A stretch of 58,027 nt of DNA from an uncultured virus (IMG/VR IMGVR_UViG_3300044612_002233) (IMGVR_UViG_3300044612_002233:62001-120027); one strand, 5' to 3'. Positions 1 through 12,600 are shown, numbered from the stretch's first letter. A program made the numbers and translations. The notes: a model not told the origin generated them from the sequence alone.

Positions 1-1183
1 ATCGATTATTCCTATCATTAGTTGTATTCTGTAAAAATCTACTAATATCTATTAATAGATTCTTTAAATTTAATATCTCAGTATTGATATCAGAAAAAGA
101 TTCATTAAGCTTATTTTGTATAAGATTCTTTATCTCTGTAGAATCTAGCGCCTCAATAGAGAAGTCATCAATGAATGGACTAGTACTTAGTGCATGGGCT
201 ATTCTCTTATAAAATCGGGATGTTTTTAAATTCTTATTACTAAAAGATCTTTTTTCATCAAGTGTTAATATTCTATATATTGATGAATATTTCTGATAAA
301 GAGCGGATGAAACATATGATCTACATGGTATATTATATGTTAATGAAGAAGCTCTTTCAGTATCACTATTATGAAAGAAAAAACAGTCCCCATCAGGAAC
401 CCATAGTATTGGATTCGTATCCATCCTATGTAAAGAAGACGTATTATTATATACATTTTCTGACTTATACATATCAGCTATTTTAAATAATGGATTAGTG
501 CCTAAAGAGCTAAGTTCCACAATAGTTTTTCCTAATTCCTCATCGAAGACATAGCTACCATTAGTAAGCGTTTTACTCTGCTGATTAACCGAATATAATC
601 TAGCATTATTTATTTTAATATAAATATTATTAGTATCTCCACTTTTAACCAATCTTGATCCATTTGGGAAATATGTTAATGGTTGCTCTTTGCCTCCGTG
701 AATATTAGAATTATTAGTTATGTCCTTTAGTCTAAACCAACAAAGAATTCCATAATATACAGAGTAAGGAGTATTCTGTCCATTTAAAAACCAGTCAATA
801 CACATTTTAGCATTACTAGTTGTCCAGCTTTTAAAGTTTGGGGTGAAAGAGAAAAAACTCTCAATACCTAATTGCCCACTAGTTAATAAAGGATTGCTAT
901 TATAACAGCTACCGTGAGATGACAATAGTTTATTATCAACATATGTATCAGAATTAATAATTAATGGCTGCCATACATCTAATACATCATCAAGAATGGA
1001 ACCTGCCTGAGCTTGTTGTATCAGAGCATCAAGAGATGGTGAACGAATTAGCCCTCCTCCAGTATTATCATTATAGGTTAATGCCCCATTGGAGTTGACC
1101 GTGTACGGCAATAAGTCATCCAATAATGAATGCTTAATAATATTACAATTGCTACTTTTATCTATAATCCTTGAACTAAACAT
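1..1183 (-). CDS. Partial hypothetical virion protein (runs off the left edge; absent from the ORF track)
   Basis: ATG at 1183 overlaps the TAA of the upstream gene (TAATG). Translation starts MFSSRIIDKSSNCNIIKHSLLDDLLPY. The frame was open where I translated it by hand (first ~90 codons and the window edge). Confidence 0.8.
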   Translation of the reverse strand, partial: MFSSRIIDKSSNCNIIKHSLLDDLLPYTVNSNGALTYNDNTGGGLIRSPSLDALIQQAQAGSILDDVLDVWQPLIINSDTYVDNKLLSSHGSCYNSNPLLTSGQLGIESFFSFTPNFKSWTTSNAKMCIDWFLNGQNTPYSVYYGILCWFRLKDITNNSNIHGGKEQPLTYFPNGSRLVKSGDTNNIYIKINNARLYSVNQQSKTLTNGSYVFDEELGKTIVELSSLGTNPLFKIADMYKSENVYNNTSSLHRMDTNPILWVPDGDCFFFHNSDTERASSLTYNIPCRSYVSSALYQKYSSIYRILTLDEKRSFSNKNLKTSRFYKRIAHALSTSPFIDDFSIEALDSTEIKNLIQNKLNESFSDINTEILNLKNLLIDISRFLQNTTNDRNNR

Positions 1184-4100
1184 TATTTAATTGCCGTTAG
1201 TGTCCACTTTCCATTTAAGAATGTAAATATAGCTATAACATTAGTTGTTACTGTGAATCCTAGAGGATTATCAAAATTAACGGTCATTGTTGGAACAACT
1301 CCTGATCGTCTGCCTTGTACATAATGCATATCTATTAGGGCTTGAGTTGCACTAGTAGTCTTGCCTTTAACAACTAGAGACGGTTTGCTGACTGGTTCAT
1401 AAAAGCCCGTCTTTTTATTGTATCTGCAAAGCAATTTTGTTCCTCGTGGAGCACAGTATCCTGTTTTATCTTTAATATATATTAATCTTCTATACCCCTG
1501 TCGTAAAGGCTCGCTGCTAAATTCAATATCGTCAATATAACCTCTTGTAACATATGTCTCATCAAAATCTGGTTGTTTAATCAGATCTTCTTCAAGAGTA
1601 GCATATATCATTCTATAAATATACTTCTTTTTTGCTTTTTTGTCTAAAAAGCTTTTTAATGTGGTTATATCATTAGAGTTAGTAAGAATATAAGGAGGAT
1701 CAATCTCTTCTCCTCCGCCACCACCAGCCCAAACCATTCTGTCTTGATCCCAAATTAGATCAATAGGACCAACTTTCCATAAGTCAGGACGTTCTGCCCA
1801 ATTTAGATAAAAATCATTTAATTTAACTTTTTCTGACCATTTACCTGTAAATTTTTGAGTTTTACTAATTATACTTCCTTTAAATCCCTGAGTATAATCA
1901 ATTGGATTTCCAGCTGTTGGGGTAGGTCCAGGATCGTATCCGCCATCAACATCCATATTGTCTTCTATCTTAATAGGAGTAACATCACTATTATTTATTG
2001 CTGTTGTACTAAGTGATGACCATGATGATGGTAAATTCTCATAATTAAAAGTTTTAGCAAAAACATTAGTATTTCCAGATATGGTAAATAGTTCGCCAAC
2101 AGATAATGAGCTATATTTTTTAGCAGCCCCGCTATTGGTTAATTTAAGTTTAAACCTTTTTGGTCTGCCAAAATTATCATATGCTAATGGCTCATCAGCA
2201 GCATTAGGAACAGGATAACCATCAGCATCATATCCCCAAGCGTGTAGTGTTAATGGTCCTCGTAATCCAAAAAATCTTTGGTTGTTTTCATGCAACATAT
2301 TAAGCGTATCTTGAGCTTGGGATCTAATATTATATAAAGCTTCATCAGTAGGATAATAGTCTAAATTATTAGATGGAACACCAGCTGGATGATTAGTATG
2401 AGCCCTTAGATTTCTACTAGTTTCAAGCTTGTATCCTGCTTGATTTTGTGGAACTGATCCTCTTGCCACAATTTCTATGCAATGTCTCAGTCTGTCTCTG
2501 AAAATTCTACCCCCAGTAGTTAAACCTCCTATATCGTCGTGTGCCCCGTCTGGATGAGCACCAGTATAGTTTTGAGAGTTAGAATTTTTAAATTCTCCAT
2601 ATGGAACTACTATAGGATTTAATGTAATTAAATTAATTGGAATATCTTCATCTGTTACTATCTTAGCATTTAGTTTTTCACCAGCATTACCGCACTTATC
2701 ACATGTTATCTTTGTTGCTACTTCTGTTCTGGTTCCGGTTTTATCATACTGTACAACACTTATATCTCTAACCTTTGTGCCTCTACAAAATGGACAATTT
2801 AAAGTGTTATGTAAAGAATATGAGAATGTTGAGTTCTTAAAGGTTGGATAAAAAGATACTGGAGATAATATTCCATCCAAACTCATTGCTGACTGCATTC
2901 CATAGTCTTTTGATAATTGATTTTCAAGCTCTTTTCTTTGGAATAGTTGTACAGTAGAGGTCACTCTTGCAATAGACTTTAAGGAAGATATTGATGATGC
3001 TGTTTCTAGTGTGCTACTTGATGGTTGGCCAACGTCTGAACTAGGAACAAGAGCCCAGTTGGTTGCTTTCGATGTTCGTGTATCAAAAGCTCCGGGACTA
3101 CTAGATATGGAAAAATCATCAATTACTTTCGGAGTTCTTGATGGCTCATTAATAAGAGGGGAAGCCTGACCAACTAATACTGTGCTAGGACTCCAACTAA
3201 ATAGTTTTGAAGAAAGGTCTGAACTTCCAAATTGGGCATTGTTTAATCTCTCTTGTAATATTAGATCTCTTTCTTTATTTTTTAAATTAGTAATTTCCTG
3301 AGAAATTTGCGCAATCTGTTTTCCTCTTTTTAGATTTAACCTATTAGCTCTTTTTATTCTGTCTGTTTCTTCTTTGTTAAACAATCCTAATTTTCTGGTA
3401 TAAGTTCTGAATGAATATGTTGTAGATATACCCTGTTGTCCAACACTTGTTTGTATAGAGGTTATAATTGGACCATCAACAAAGTATGGTGGAGTTTTTA
3501 AGTCTAATACTTTGTATATTGCAGTAACGGTGTTTTCTGTATTAGGAGAAAAAGATATAGTTGCTCCTGGAATATATGATAAATCCACAACAGAAGCTAC
3601 GGAGTCTTTAACGTCTTTGTAACCATAACCAGATGGCGATATAATATGCAATCCTGTATTGGCTAATGCAAAATTACCACCTATATTAAATAATGGAAGT
3701 CCTGGCATATCTAATTGAGCAGTTTCTATAACGCTCTGGTAGTTTACTTTTGTTTGTATCTCTTTAAAAGCAACAATATCTAACTGATGCATTCCTCCAT
3801 AATTCCAAGGAACAAAATCATCATTAAATTCTATATTAACATTTGATATTAAATTGTTTAATGCTTTATCAACTTCTTCTTGCGTGGTTGCGCGACTTGA
3901 ATATGTGCAAGTTAATGGGAATGTTGATGATTGAGTAACAAGCTGACCAGATGGGAAAATACCAGTACCCTCTAGTGCTGGATAATTAGTCCATGGACCA
4001 TAAACAAATTGGTTTGATTTTATTGGAATACCAGCAAAAAAAGGATGGGCAGCTTTTGGTGCTAGCTCAACATTATTTGCAGTATGATTAGACGATACGG

Positions 4101-7100
4101 TATATAGTCCAAGAAAATATGGATTATTACTATCGTCTAATACTATTGGACTAATATAATTCAACATGTATCTTATCCAGTCCATGTCCCAATCATCTTT
4201 TCTGGTAGTCTTTAAATATATCATCAAGTCTTCAGCAGAAATATTGGATATTACTGTTCTATTAGGATCTTTAGCATTCTCTTCACTAGATAAATTTAAA
4301 TTAATTCCTGGAGAATCTATTAAGATTTTTGGATTTTCAAATCTAACAGGGTCTATATATATAAAACTTTCTTCAACAGACGTGGAAACATAAAGTTTAG
4401 ATCTTGGAATTGATGTGCTTGTTGTTCCATTATTATCTTTGATTTCTGTTTGCCAAGCGTCATATGACTTTACTATTGATTCTAAAGTTAATGCCGCTCC
4501 CATATTTCCAGTAGTGACTATACTGGTGCCAACACTTGCGATATATTTTTGGTCAACTATAACATAGTCATTATTTGATAAAGAAGAAATATCTAATGAT
4601 GGAAATACGTAGCTATCAGTACAACTTCTTGTTTTATATTCATTAAGAGTAAGCCAACTATCATAACTAAAGTATGGATTTGCCTGTTCTTTTATAAGGT
4701 CTTGAAGTGGTGTAGTGGCATTAGCTGCTACACACTTTGCTTGTCTAATATAATCATAATTATAATTATTGTTATAGCCCAATAATGGTTGGATCTTACC
4801 AGAATCGTCCGTTAATGTCATCCATTGTGTTCCTCCAACGGCCATACTATCATCTATTATATTTCCATATTCTTCCCAGGCGCCATCATTAGTTGGAGTA
4901 TAATTATATCTTAAATTACCATCTCCACTAAATATATATCCATATCCAACATTTGTGGGAAAAGCGAATCCGGTAACACTATCTTCTCTGTAGGTTCTTA
5001 ACTGATCAGCGGACACCATGTATTTTTTGCCATAATACTTTGCAATTTCCATAATAAATTTATGAAGTATTTTTAAATCTTGCAAAGCTTTTTCTTGAAT
5101 ATACTGACTTCCATCATTTTTATCTGGATAAACGGCAGTTGGATATAATTCGTCTCCGGCAATATTAGGGCCAAGTAATTTCCAATACCAGTCTGTTTCT
5201 TGAAAAGCAATTTTTTCAGCTTCAGCAAGTTCCATACCCATATTATTTACTAGTTCATTTCGTGTTTTAATATAGTAGGCTCTTCTTATTAATTCTATTA
5301 AATCTGGCTTGTATGTTTTTGCTAATGAATAAACAAGATAGTTATCAAATCCGGCTATTGCTGCTCGTATCTCAGATTCTGTTAATACAAAAAATTCTAC
5401 AGGATCATAACTATTTAATATTCCAAGATTATTATATGTTGTTGTTGGAGGATCCAGATTTGCTGTTTGAGGAAGAGGAAAGCTATTTCCAGTTTCAAGA
5501 TATGCTCGACTAATTGACACATTAAGTTTTGGTAATTCTGATACTCTTACTATTATAGATATTTGAGATGTCCAGGTATCATACCATACTGGACGTATTC
5601 TTCTAAAATCAGTATTTGCAGCATCATTGCCTCCAACCTTTAATCCAATTTTATTATCATAAACGAAACCAAAAAATGGACAAATATTATCTAAATATAA
5701 TGGAAACCATCTTCCTTTAGAAGTGTCTGTTTGTGAATATGCGATAGGATGACTATTTTTAAAGCAAGGTTCATAATTACCATATTTAACATTAACACCA
5801 TCTAAGAGTTCGTTTTTTGTGTTCCATATGGCGTCATTAGTGTCAAAACCTCTTGAGGCAGCGGTTTGTATAGCATCTTCGTCATTAATTATACTAACAT
5901 ATGCTGTCTCTAGTCTGCTTGATGTTCCCAGATAATCTGATATCTTTGTATTTCTTGAACTATTAAAGTTTGGAAATCTTATTTTACCGTGACCATATTG
6001 CTTAGTTGTAATAGTTGGGGCATCGTTACCTGTTGGTGCTCCATCAGCCAAAGAATAGTAATTAACAAATTTTCTTGTTCTGGGATTATAAATAAAATTA
6101 TTCTGAGTATATGCTAATCTATAACTTTTTACTTGATATAATCTTTGTTGTTGTCCTCCAACAACCAAACATCTTGATGGAGTATCATTCTTTTCTTTTC
6201 CGATGGTGTTAGATGATACTTGATAATTATTACATTCTAATGATTTTATAGTATTTTCAATAAGATTCGTACTAGGCTGTTTTAGTCTTGATATAGCTTT
6301 AACTTTTATAACATGATAAAGTTTCGTCTGATGTACTCGTGGAATCATTTCTATGCTAAAGTCACAACCAGCTCTTTCTCCAATATCATTTAATAAATCG
6401 GTTATGCTAAGAAATGGTCCTGTGGTTCGTATATCATTTGGCAATCTTTTCTTTATTCTAGTATTATCTGTATAAATCACATCATGAAGATCTAATACGA
6501 ATTGACATCTATTTGTTCCAGCAGTATCTGCCATAGCATTTAAAGGTTGAGGATATACTACTCCAAATCTATTAAAAGCTGATGTTATTGGTTCATATAA
6601 ATTGTCATTATCCTCTCTTTGCATACATTTGGATATGATTCTTCCAAATGGAGAAAATGCTCTTTTTATAGCTTCATTATTTCTGCCACTTAAAACAGTG
6701 TCTAATTTAAATCCGCTATCATGAGTTACTGAAGTTAACATCATTAAAGCATCTAGAATAGAATTTATACTAACTCCTCTATCGTCTGGTCGTGCTATTC
6801 CATAGTTTCCAGCGCCAAAAGACTCTAAAAATCCATAAATATTGAAAATATTAGGGATTGTTCCGTGCTTTAAATCAGTATCGGTATAAGTGGCACCAAG
6901 AGATTTTAAATAATTCTTTGGGCCGCCATATGTTGATGTTTGAGCCTTGCTAAAAATTGATCCAGCATATTTATCAACTATAATATAAGAAGAATTAAGA
7001 ATGGTCTGTGGACCATTAATAATAACAGTATAATTTTTACCTCCGCTACCAATATCTCGTGACCAAGATTGAACAAAGCCCCCAAATTGAAAATCCCCCA

Positions 7101-7608
7101 TTTTAAAATAAACAGGAGTATCGATTATATCATATTTGTATCCTGGATGACTATTCTCAGCAACGTTTGAGTAATTATTATTTTCTTGTATCCTTGTTTT
7201 TCTTCCAAAAAATCCAGGATCAGGATCTTTCCAGTATTTTGAGATTAATCCTTTAGTTTCTGATAATTCATAGTATACTTTTCCTGGAACTATTCTGTTT
7301 TCTATTGGAGTAGTCTCAGCAGCTGCCGCCCCAGTATATTTATCAATAAAACATCCTACTCCTTTACAAAGAGTATAATGATCATCACTATTAATAGAAC
7401 CAGTGAACTGCTGATACATGCTTCCGTCATTTGTTGTTGGAGACGGATCACAAGAGTAGACCAATTCATCTTCTACTAAATTAACGGTCAATTGTGATGG
7501 CTGTGTTCCCCAACCAAAGTTGCTAGTGAAACTGGCTACACTAGCTCCTAAGAATAATGTTTGAGCAATCGGCTTATTATCGCCACTTGGGCATACTGTT
7601 GTTGGCAT
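1183..7608 (-). CDS. Large tail-tip/baseplate hub-like structural protein, 2141 aa, with an internal CxxC...CxxC element
   Basis: Long ORF downstream of the TMP and fibre cluster, coupled to both neighbours. Beta-rich composition, with hub-like segments (FQFGGFVQSWSR; ITSIQTSVGQQGISTTYSFRTY). CPFC...CDKC lies at ~2680-2800. The product call rests mainly on position. Confidence 0.5.
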   Translation of the reverse strand: MPTTVCPSGDNKPIAQTLFLGASVASFTSNFGWGTQPSQLTVNLVEDELVYSCDPSPTTNDGSMYQQFTGSINSDDHYTLCKGVGCFIDKYTGAAAAETTPIENRIVPGKVYYELSETKGLISKYWKDPDPGFFGRKTRIQENNNYSNVAENSHPGYKYDIIDTPVYFKMGDFQFGGFVQSWSRDIGSGGKNYTVIINGPQTILNSSYIIVDKYAGSIFSKAQTSTYGGPKNYLKSLGATYTDTDLKHGTIPNIFNIYGFLESFGAGNYGIARPDDRGVSINSILDALMMLTSVTHDSGFKLDTVLSGRNNEAIKRAFSPFGRIISKCMQREDNDNLYEPITSAFNRFGVVYPQPLNAMADTAGTNRCQFVLDLHDVIYTDNTRIKKRLPNDIRTTGPFLSITDLLNDIGERAGCDFSIEMIPRVHQTKLYHVIKVKAISRLKQPSTNLIENTIKSLECNNYQVSSNTIGKEKNDTPSRCLVVGGQQQRLYQVKSYRLAYTQNNFIYNPRTRKFVNYYSLADGAPTGNDAPTITTKQYGHGKIRFPNFNSSRNTKISDYLGTSSRLETAYVSIINDEDAIQTAASRGFDTNDAIWNTKNELLDGVNVKYGNYEPCFKNSHPIAYSQTDTSKGRWFPLYLDNICPFFGFVYDNKIGLKVGGNDAANTDFRRIRPVWYDTWTSQISIIVRVSELPKLNVSISRAYLETGNSFPLPQTANLDPPTTTYNNLGILNSYDPVEFFVLTESEIRAAIAGFDNYLVYSLAKTYKPDLIELIRRAYYIKTRNELVNNMGMELAEAEKIAFQETDWYWKLLGPNIAGDELYPTAVYPDKNDGSQYIQEKALQDLKILHKFIMEIAKYYGKKYMVSADQLRTYREDSVTGFAFPTNVGYGYIFSGDGNLRYNYTPTNDGAWEEYGNIIDDSMAVGGTQWMTLTDDSGKIQPLLGYNNNYNYDYIRQAKCVAANATTPLQDLIKEQANPYFSYDSWLTLNEYKTRSCTDSYVFPSLDISSLSNNDYVIVDQKYIASVGTSIVTTGNMGAALTLESIVKSYDAWQTEIKDNNGTTSTSIPRSKLYVSTSVEESFIYIDPVRFENPKILIDSPGINLNLSSEENAKDPNRTVISNISAEDLMIYLKTTRKDDWDMDWIRYMLNYISPIVLDDSNNPYFLGLYTVSSNHTANNVELAPKAAHPFFAGIPIKSNQFVYGPWTNYPALEGTGIFPSGQLVTQSSTFPLTCTYSSRATTQEEVDKALNNLISNVNIEFNDDFVPWNYGGMHQLDIVAFKEIQTKVNYQSVIETAQLDMPGLPLFNIGGNFALANTGLHIISPSGYGYKDVKDSVASVVDLSYIPGATISFSPNTENTVTAIYKVLDLKTPPYFVDGPIITSIQTSVGQQGISTTYSFRTYTRKLGLFNKEETDRIKRANRLNLKRGKQIAQISQEITNLKNKERDLILQERLNNAQFGSSDLSSKLFSWSPSTVLVGQASPLINEPSRTPKVIDDFSISSSPGAFDTRTSKATNWALVPSSDVGQPSSSTLETASSISSLKSIARVTSTVQLFQRKELENQLSKDYGMQSAMSLDGILSPVSFYPTFKNSTFSYSLHNTLNCPFCRGTKVRDISVVQYDKTGTRTEVATKITCDKCGNAGEKLNAKIVTDEDIPINLITLNPIVVPYGEFKNSNSQNYTGAHPDGAHDDIGGLTTGGRIFRDRLRHCIEIVARGSVPQNQAGYKLETSRNLRAHTNHPAGVPSNNLDYYPTDEALYNIRSQAQDTLNMLHENNQRFFGLRGPLTLHAWGYDADGYPVPNAADEPLAYDNFGRPKRFKLKLTNSGAAKKYSSLSVGELFTISGNTNVFAKTFNYENLPSSWSSLSTTAINNSDVTPIKIEDNMDVDGGYDPGPTPTAGNPIDYTQGFKGSIISKTQKFTGKWSEKVKLNDFYLNWAERPDLWKVGPIDLIWDQDRMVWAGGGGGEEIDPPYILTNSNDITTLKSFLDKKAKKKYIYRMIYATLEEDLIKQPDFDETYVTRGYIDDIEFSSEPLRQGYRRLIYIKDKTGYCAPRGTKLLCRYNKKTGFYEPVSKPSLVVKGKTTSATQALIDMHYVQGRRSGVVPTMTVNFDNPLGFTVTTNVIAIFTFLNGKWTLTAIK

Positions 7609-7609
7609 A

Positions 7610-9589
7610 TTAATAATCTAAATAATTTTTACTATTTGTACATTGCTGATAAACCCATCCAACTGATTTTGAGTATCTTCCATTAGTAGGATCCCATGAT
7701 TGAGTATCATTGGTCACATAAACTTGTCCTTGGGCATTATTATTACCCCTATTAAAATTAGCACTTCCGAATATGTATGAAGCCCTATCTCCAAATGGCT
7801 TTAATCCTTCAATAATTCCTGTTATAGTCTGATACACCGTTCCACCCGTCCACAACGGACAAGTGGTATTTTGCATAAAGAATCCACCCATGCTCGACGG
7901 AGGAACCACTCCAACCTCTATTGTTACGCTTTTTCTTGTTGATGTTTTTGTTCCAAGATTTTGTAAAACTGGCCCTAATGATCGACCCAAAACGAAAGCT
8001 TCTCCGATAACATCTGTTGGTCCAGTTTCTTCAATACTGACACTTTCATATAAAACACCACTTATTATTGTAAACTTATTATTAAACTCATAACTATATG
8101 ATATACTACCCTTCTTAGGATTATGTGTTTCAGAAGTTGATATCGGTATAATATTTAATACGGAATTTCTAGAATATACTGGATTATTTGGGGGCTGTGG
8201 TGGATTAGATGCTCCTGGTATATATCCTTTTGTTCTGTCAGAACTGCTCATTGGTATACAGGCTCTTCTGTACAAATATGGCTTAACTTCATTTATCCAT
8301 CCACTAACAGCATTAGCATACTTACTAGCCATTAAATTTTTGGTTGCTTGTAATCCATTATCTGCTATTGTTGTATTAAATGATAAATTGTCTAACAATC
8401 CAGTAGATGAACTTAAATCTAATTTTATCGGACTTCCACTACCACTAACGTATGGCAAACCAGTAATACTTGGACTACTAATACTTAATCCTATAATATC
8501 TCCTTGAACTCTAACAGTATGAATATATTTATCGTCAGTACTCATTTCTAGCGAATAATCTTCAATAAAAGTTATGCCAGTTGGCATAGCCAGCCAAGTA
8601 TCGGTTATCTCATATCTAGCAGAAAGAACGTCAAAATTAGTGGATCTGAGATGATTATAAAAATATCCAGCAGACATTGGAGACCATAGAGCATTTCCTG
8701 TCTTTTTATCAAAAACAGCAGATGATCGTTCCATCACCCAGTTTTTAGCATTATTAAATGCTGATACTGCTAATGCCGGATATCTGTCAAAATCTATTTT
8801 ATTACTAAGAGACAAATTACTTTGACAAAACCCCGTCCCTGATGGTATCCCTACTGCACTAATTGTTCTAGAAACTTTAAACTGAGGAATATTTAGATAA
8901 TTAATATCAACTGATGCTACTGCTGTTCCTCCAGTATTTGTTTGGGTAGATTGGGGTTGTCCAGCAGTAGTGGTTGGCGCTGTTGGCTTTAACTTAGGAT
9001 TATCATACTCTGTTTTTTGTATTACATTAATAGTACCTTTACTATAAACATAATCTTCTAATGGTTCTATACTCCAACTATCACTATAATCTTTAACATA
9101 CCAACCACTATACGCAGGTTCCAAATACTCCAATACAGCGGTATAGTCTGCTGTATATATCCAATTGTCGTTGCTTTTATTAAAGTCAAAACTAACTGTT
9201 CTTACTCCAGCAGCACTAAATAGAGATGTTTCTGCTGCGGTTGGGGATGTTTTACACTTTATTTCAAAACTTCCACACGTATTAATTTTAAAAATTTGAC
9301 TTAATCCATTGATTCCTGACATTATTGGACCTATTCCACTACCATTAGACGATTCCTTGGTGCTAACTTTACCCGTTAATGTTATTCTGTTGGTAAAAAC
9401 CACAGTCTCTCCTGCTTCGTTTCTTTCAACAGAAGTAGAAAAATCGATGAAGGGGGTTGGTCCAGCAACAGTATGGATACCGCTACCATTATAATATACG
9501 CTAACAGCACGACTAGGAGGTTGATCAGATTGTATACTAGCAAAATCTTGTGTAGAATTTAGAGCTTCTAATGAATAAACCATAATCAA
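7610..9589 (-). CDS. Putative distal tail/baseplate structural protein, 659 aa (start may be ATG at 9583)
   Basis: Beta-strand-rich ORF directly upstream of the hub-like gene. An AAGGA Shine-Dalgarno at ~9593-9597 fits ATG 9583 better than TTG 9589. Confidence 0.45.
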   Translation of the reverse strand: MIMVYSLEALNSTQDFASIQSDQPPSRAVSVYYNGSGIHTVAGPTPFIDFSTSVERNEAGETVVFTNRITLTGKVSTKESSNGSGIGPIMSGINGLSQIFKINTCGSFEIKCKTSPTAAETSLFSAAGVRTVSFDFNKSNDNWIYTADYTAVLEYLEPAYSGWYVKDYSDSWSIEPLEDYVYSKGTINVIQKTEYDNPKLKPTAPTTTAGQPQSTQTNTGGTAVASVDINYLNIPQFKVSRTISAVGIPSGTGFCQSNLSLSNKIDFDRYPALAVSAFNNAKNWVMERSSAVFDKKTGNALWSPMSAGYFYNHLRSTNFDVLSARYEITDTWLAMPTGITFIEDYSLEMSTDDKYIHTVRVQGDIIGLSISSPSITGLPYVSGSGSPIKLDLSSSTGLLDNLSFNTTIADNGLQATKNLMASKYANAVSGWINEVKPYLYRRACIPMSSSDRTKGYIPGASNPPQPPNNPVYSRNSVLNIIPISTSETHNPKKGSISYSYEFNNKFTIISGVLYESVSIEETGPTDVIGEAFVLGRSLGPVLQNLGTKTSTRKSVTIEVGVVPPSSMGGFFMQNTTCPLWTGGTVYQTITGIIEGLKPFGDRASYIFGSANFNRGNNNAQGQVYVTNDTQSWDPTNGRYSKSVGWVYQQCTNSKNYLDY

Positions 9590-9607
9590 ATATCCTTAGT
9601 ATCTTAT

Positions 9608-12600
9608 TTATGCTATATCAGACCAATTATGAGAGTATCCTGTTCTGAAAGTATAACCAGCACTACTAGATATTAATATCGTTGTGCTATTAGCAATTGT
9701 GATAATAATTTTATTTCTATCTCCTCCATCCGTATGAGTCCACACTTTAAAGATGGGACTAAGTGCTCCAAGACCAGACATTGCCTGAGTCCAAGAAGCC
9801 TTATTATCTGTTGAATGATATATTTTTCCCTCAGTTGTTGTGACAGCATATCGCCCATTACCCACATATATTCCATATCCATACGTAATTTTATCTACAT
9901 TAAACATACTGCTTTGTCCAGATCCATTTATTATGGTACTCCAGCTTATTCCATTACTACTAGTCGCTACGCCCATTCCTGCTCCAAGTGATCTATTTCC
10001 TATTATTATAAACTCATTATTAAGATATTCTAATGATGAACAAGGCACAATTGGTCCTCCAAATGACCTTACTGTCCATGTTAATCCATCCGGCGATGTT
10101 GAACAGGTGCTTGAATTTTCTGTGGCGGCCACAATTATATTAGCACCATAAGCAATTCCTTTCCAATTAGCACTAGCAGGTAATGAAGAATAACTAACAC
10201 TATTAACACTACCATTTAAGAATTTAATAATAGCAATTTCAGAACTAGTATTGGACGTTAATATAAAGTTATTATTAATAGGATCATATGTAGAACTAAT
10301 CCACAAATGAATGACACCAGGCATGTCATCTGCCATATCATATGATTGCCAAGTTATACCATTATCAGTAGAATAATTAATAATATAACTATTATATGCT
10401 GCAGCAACGAACACTCCATTGCCATAAGATATTGTTGTCCACAATTGATTATCTGGTAAGTTCTTTAAGAGATAAGCATCACCATAGTCTTGAGATACCA
10501 TAGCCTTGTTATTGCTGTATGCTACAGCAACAGCATTAGCTTGAGGTATGGCACTAGTTACTGTTGGAGTTATGGTTACTGTTTGAGTTACTGTTGGAGT
10601 GGTGGTTGTTGTTATAGTAGGAGTGATTGTTGGAGTAATGCTAATTGTTGGAGTTGGAGTTTGTGTTGATGTTATACTCGGTGTTATTGAAACTGTTGGC
10701 GTTATTGTTCTGGTTGGAGTAGCCGTGGCAGTTACACTAATAGTAGGAGTAACTGTTGTTGTTGGACTAATTGATATTGTTGGGGTAATTGTGACAGTAT
10801 TTGTTACACTTGGAGTTATGCTAATTGTTGGGGTGATTGTATTAGTAGGAGTAATTGATGGGGTATTTGTTATCGTTATAGTTGGAGTAATACTGGTAGT
10901 TGGAGTTATGCTAGTTGTTGGAGTTATAGTAGATGTTACGGTTATTGTAGGAGTTGCTGTAACTGTTGGAGTTAATGACTTTGTTGGAGTTTTTGTGACT
11001 GTAGGAGTTATAGTATTAGTTGGAGTTAAACTATTAGTTTGAGTAATAGTTGGAGTAACTGTTTGAGTAATAGTTAATGATAATGATGGAGTTACTGTAA
11101 TGGTTGGTGAAGGAGTTAACGAAGACGATACTGTTACAGTAGGGGTTGCGGTACGCGTTACGGTATTGGTCGGAGTACTAGTTAGAGTGGATGTATTTGT
11201 TAGTGTTATTGTCGGGGTTTGCGATGGAGTTGCTGTTACAGTTGGGGTGATGGTTTTTGTTGGCGTTGGACTAACATTGGGTGGTTCGTACAAAATTGCA
11301 ACATTAGGAACAAGTTTTCCTTGTAATAAGAATCCTTTGTATAAAACTTCTATTTCATCACCAGAATAAACTGCATTTTGATAAATTAATTGACCAAGAT
11401 TAATTGGAACAACTAGACTTTTGGATGGTGTCGGGGTTATTGTTGATGTTCGTGTTGGTGTTTTGGTAGTGGTTCGTGTTGGTGTTGTGGTTTTAGTTAT
11501 AGTCGGAGTAACAGTCTGTGTTGGTGTTACTGTTGGAGTCACAGTTCTTGTTTGAGACACTGTTCTGGTAACAGTTTTGGTCGGAGTTATAGTTTGAGTA
11601 GCGCTAATAGATACTGTGGGTGTCTTTGTTGCTGTAACACTTTTGGTTGGAGTAACACTCTTAGTAACTGTTGGTGTTGCTGTTCTAGTTGGTGTTTTTG
11701 TTGGGGTGGCTGTTTTAGTTGGCGTAGGGGTTGGGGTGGCTGTGTAGCATACGCTTTCTGGACTAGTTTTATAAGCTTCTCCATTATCATCAACAATAAC
11801 AGCATTAGGAGCAACATCACTTTGTGTTGCATACGTCCAGAATCCGGTATTAGCTCCGCCGCCTTTATAAAAAGCGGCTTTATACCATTCATTCTCGTTA
11901 GGAATCCAGTAAGTATTTTTGTTAGATGGTGATGGTTTGGATGTTCCCTCGATTATTCCGCTTAAACTATAAACTCCAGACTCAGTATCGTTTCCAGTTT
12001 GTCCACCATTATGTAGCCAATTAACATATCGTGCAGCACAAAACCAATTCATAAAATTAACTGGCTTATTCCCCATATCCATTTTTGCAGAATATGTGAA
12101 GCCTACCGACGAAGATCCTGATCTATTGATTCCGCCCCTAGGATCATCGCTCATTTCGGGTATCCATAATGCTAGCCCAAAATTAGACGTACTAGCAACC
12201 GCATTTAAAAACTGAACATATTCAGAGTTTGTTATAGCATACTTTTTAATTTGATAATTATAAGCTACTGCACCATAATTATTATTAGCAGCATCACCGG
12301 TATTATTAGAGTCCGTCACTAGTGCATAATTAGTTGAATCTATTAACGATGCTGTTTTGGCTATTCTGAATCCTATATCATTTCTTTTTCCATCAACATA
12401 ATTAATATCAGAATAATTTTTAGCTAATTGACCACTAGCACTTACGAAAGATCCTCCTCTGAATTTAGGATAACCGTCAACAAAAGTATCAACTATCTCA
12501 TTAATGTTTCCGCTCTGATCATAGGTTCCATAGTAACTAGAGATTCCATTTAATCCTACTGCTGATAAGTTACCAGTAATCCCATTCCAAACAGCCTGAC

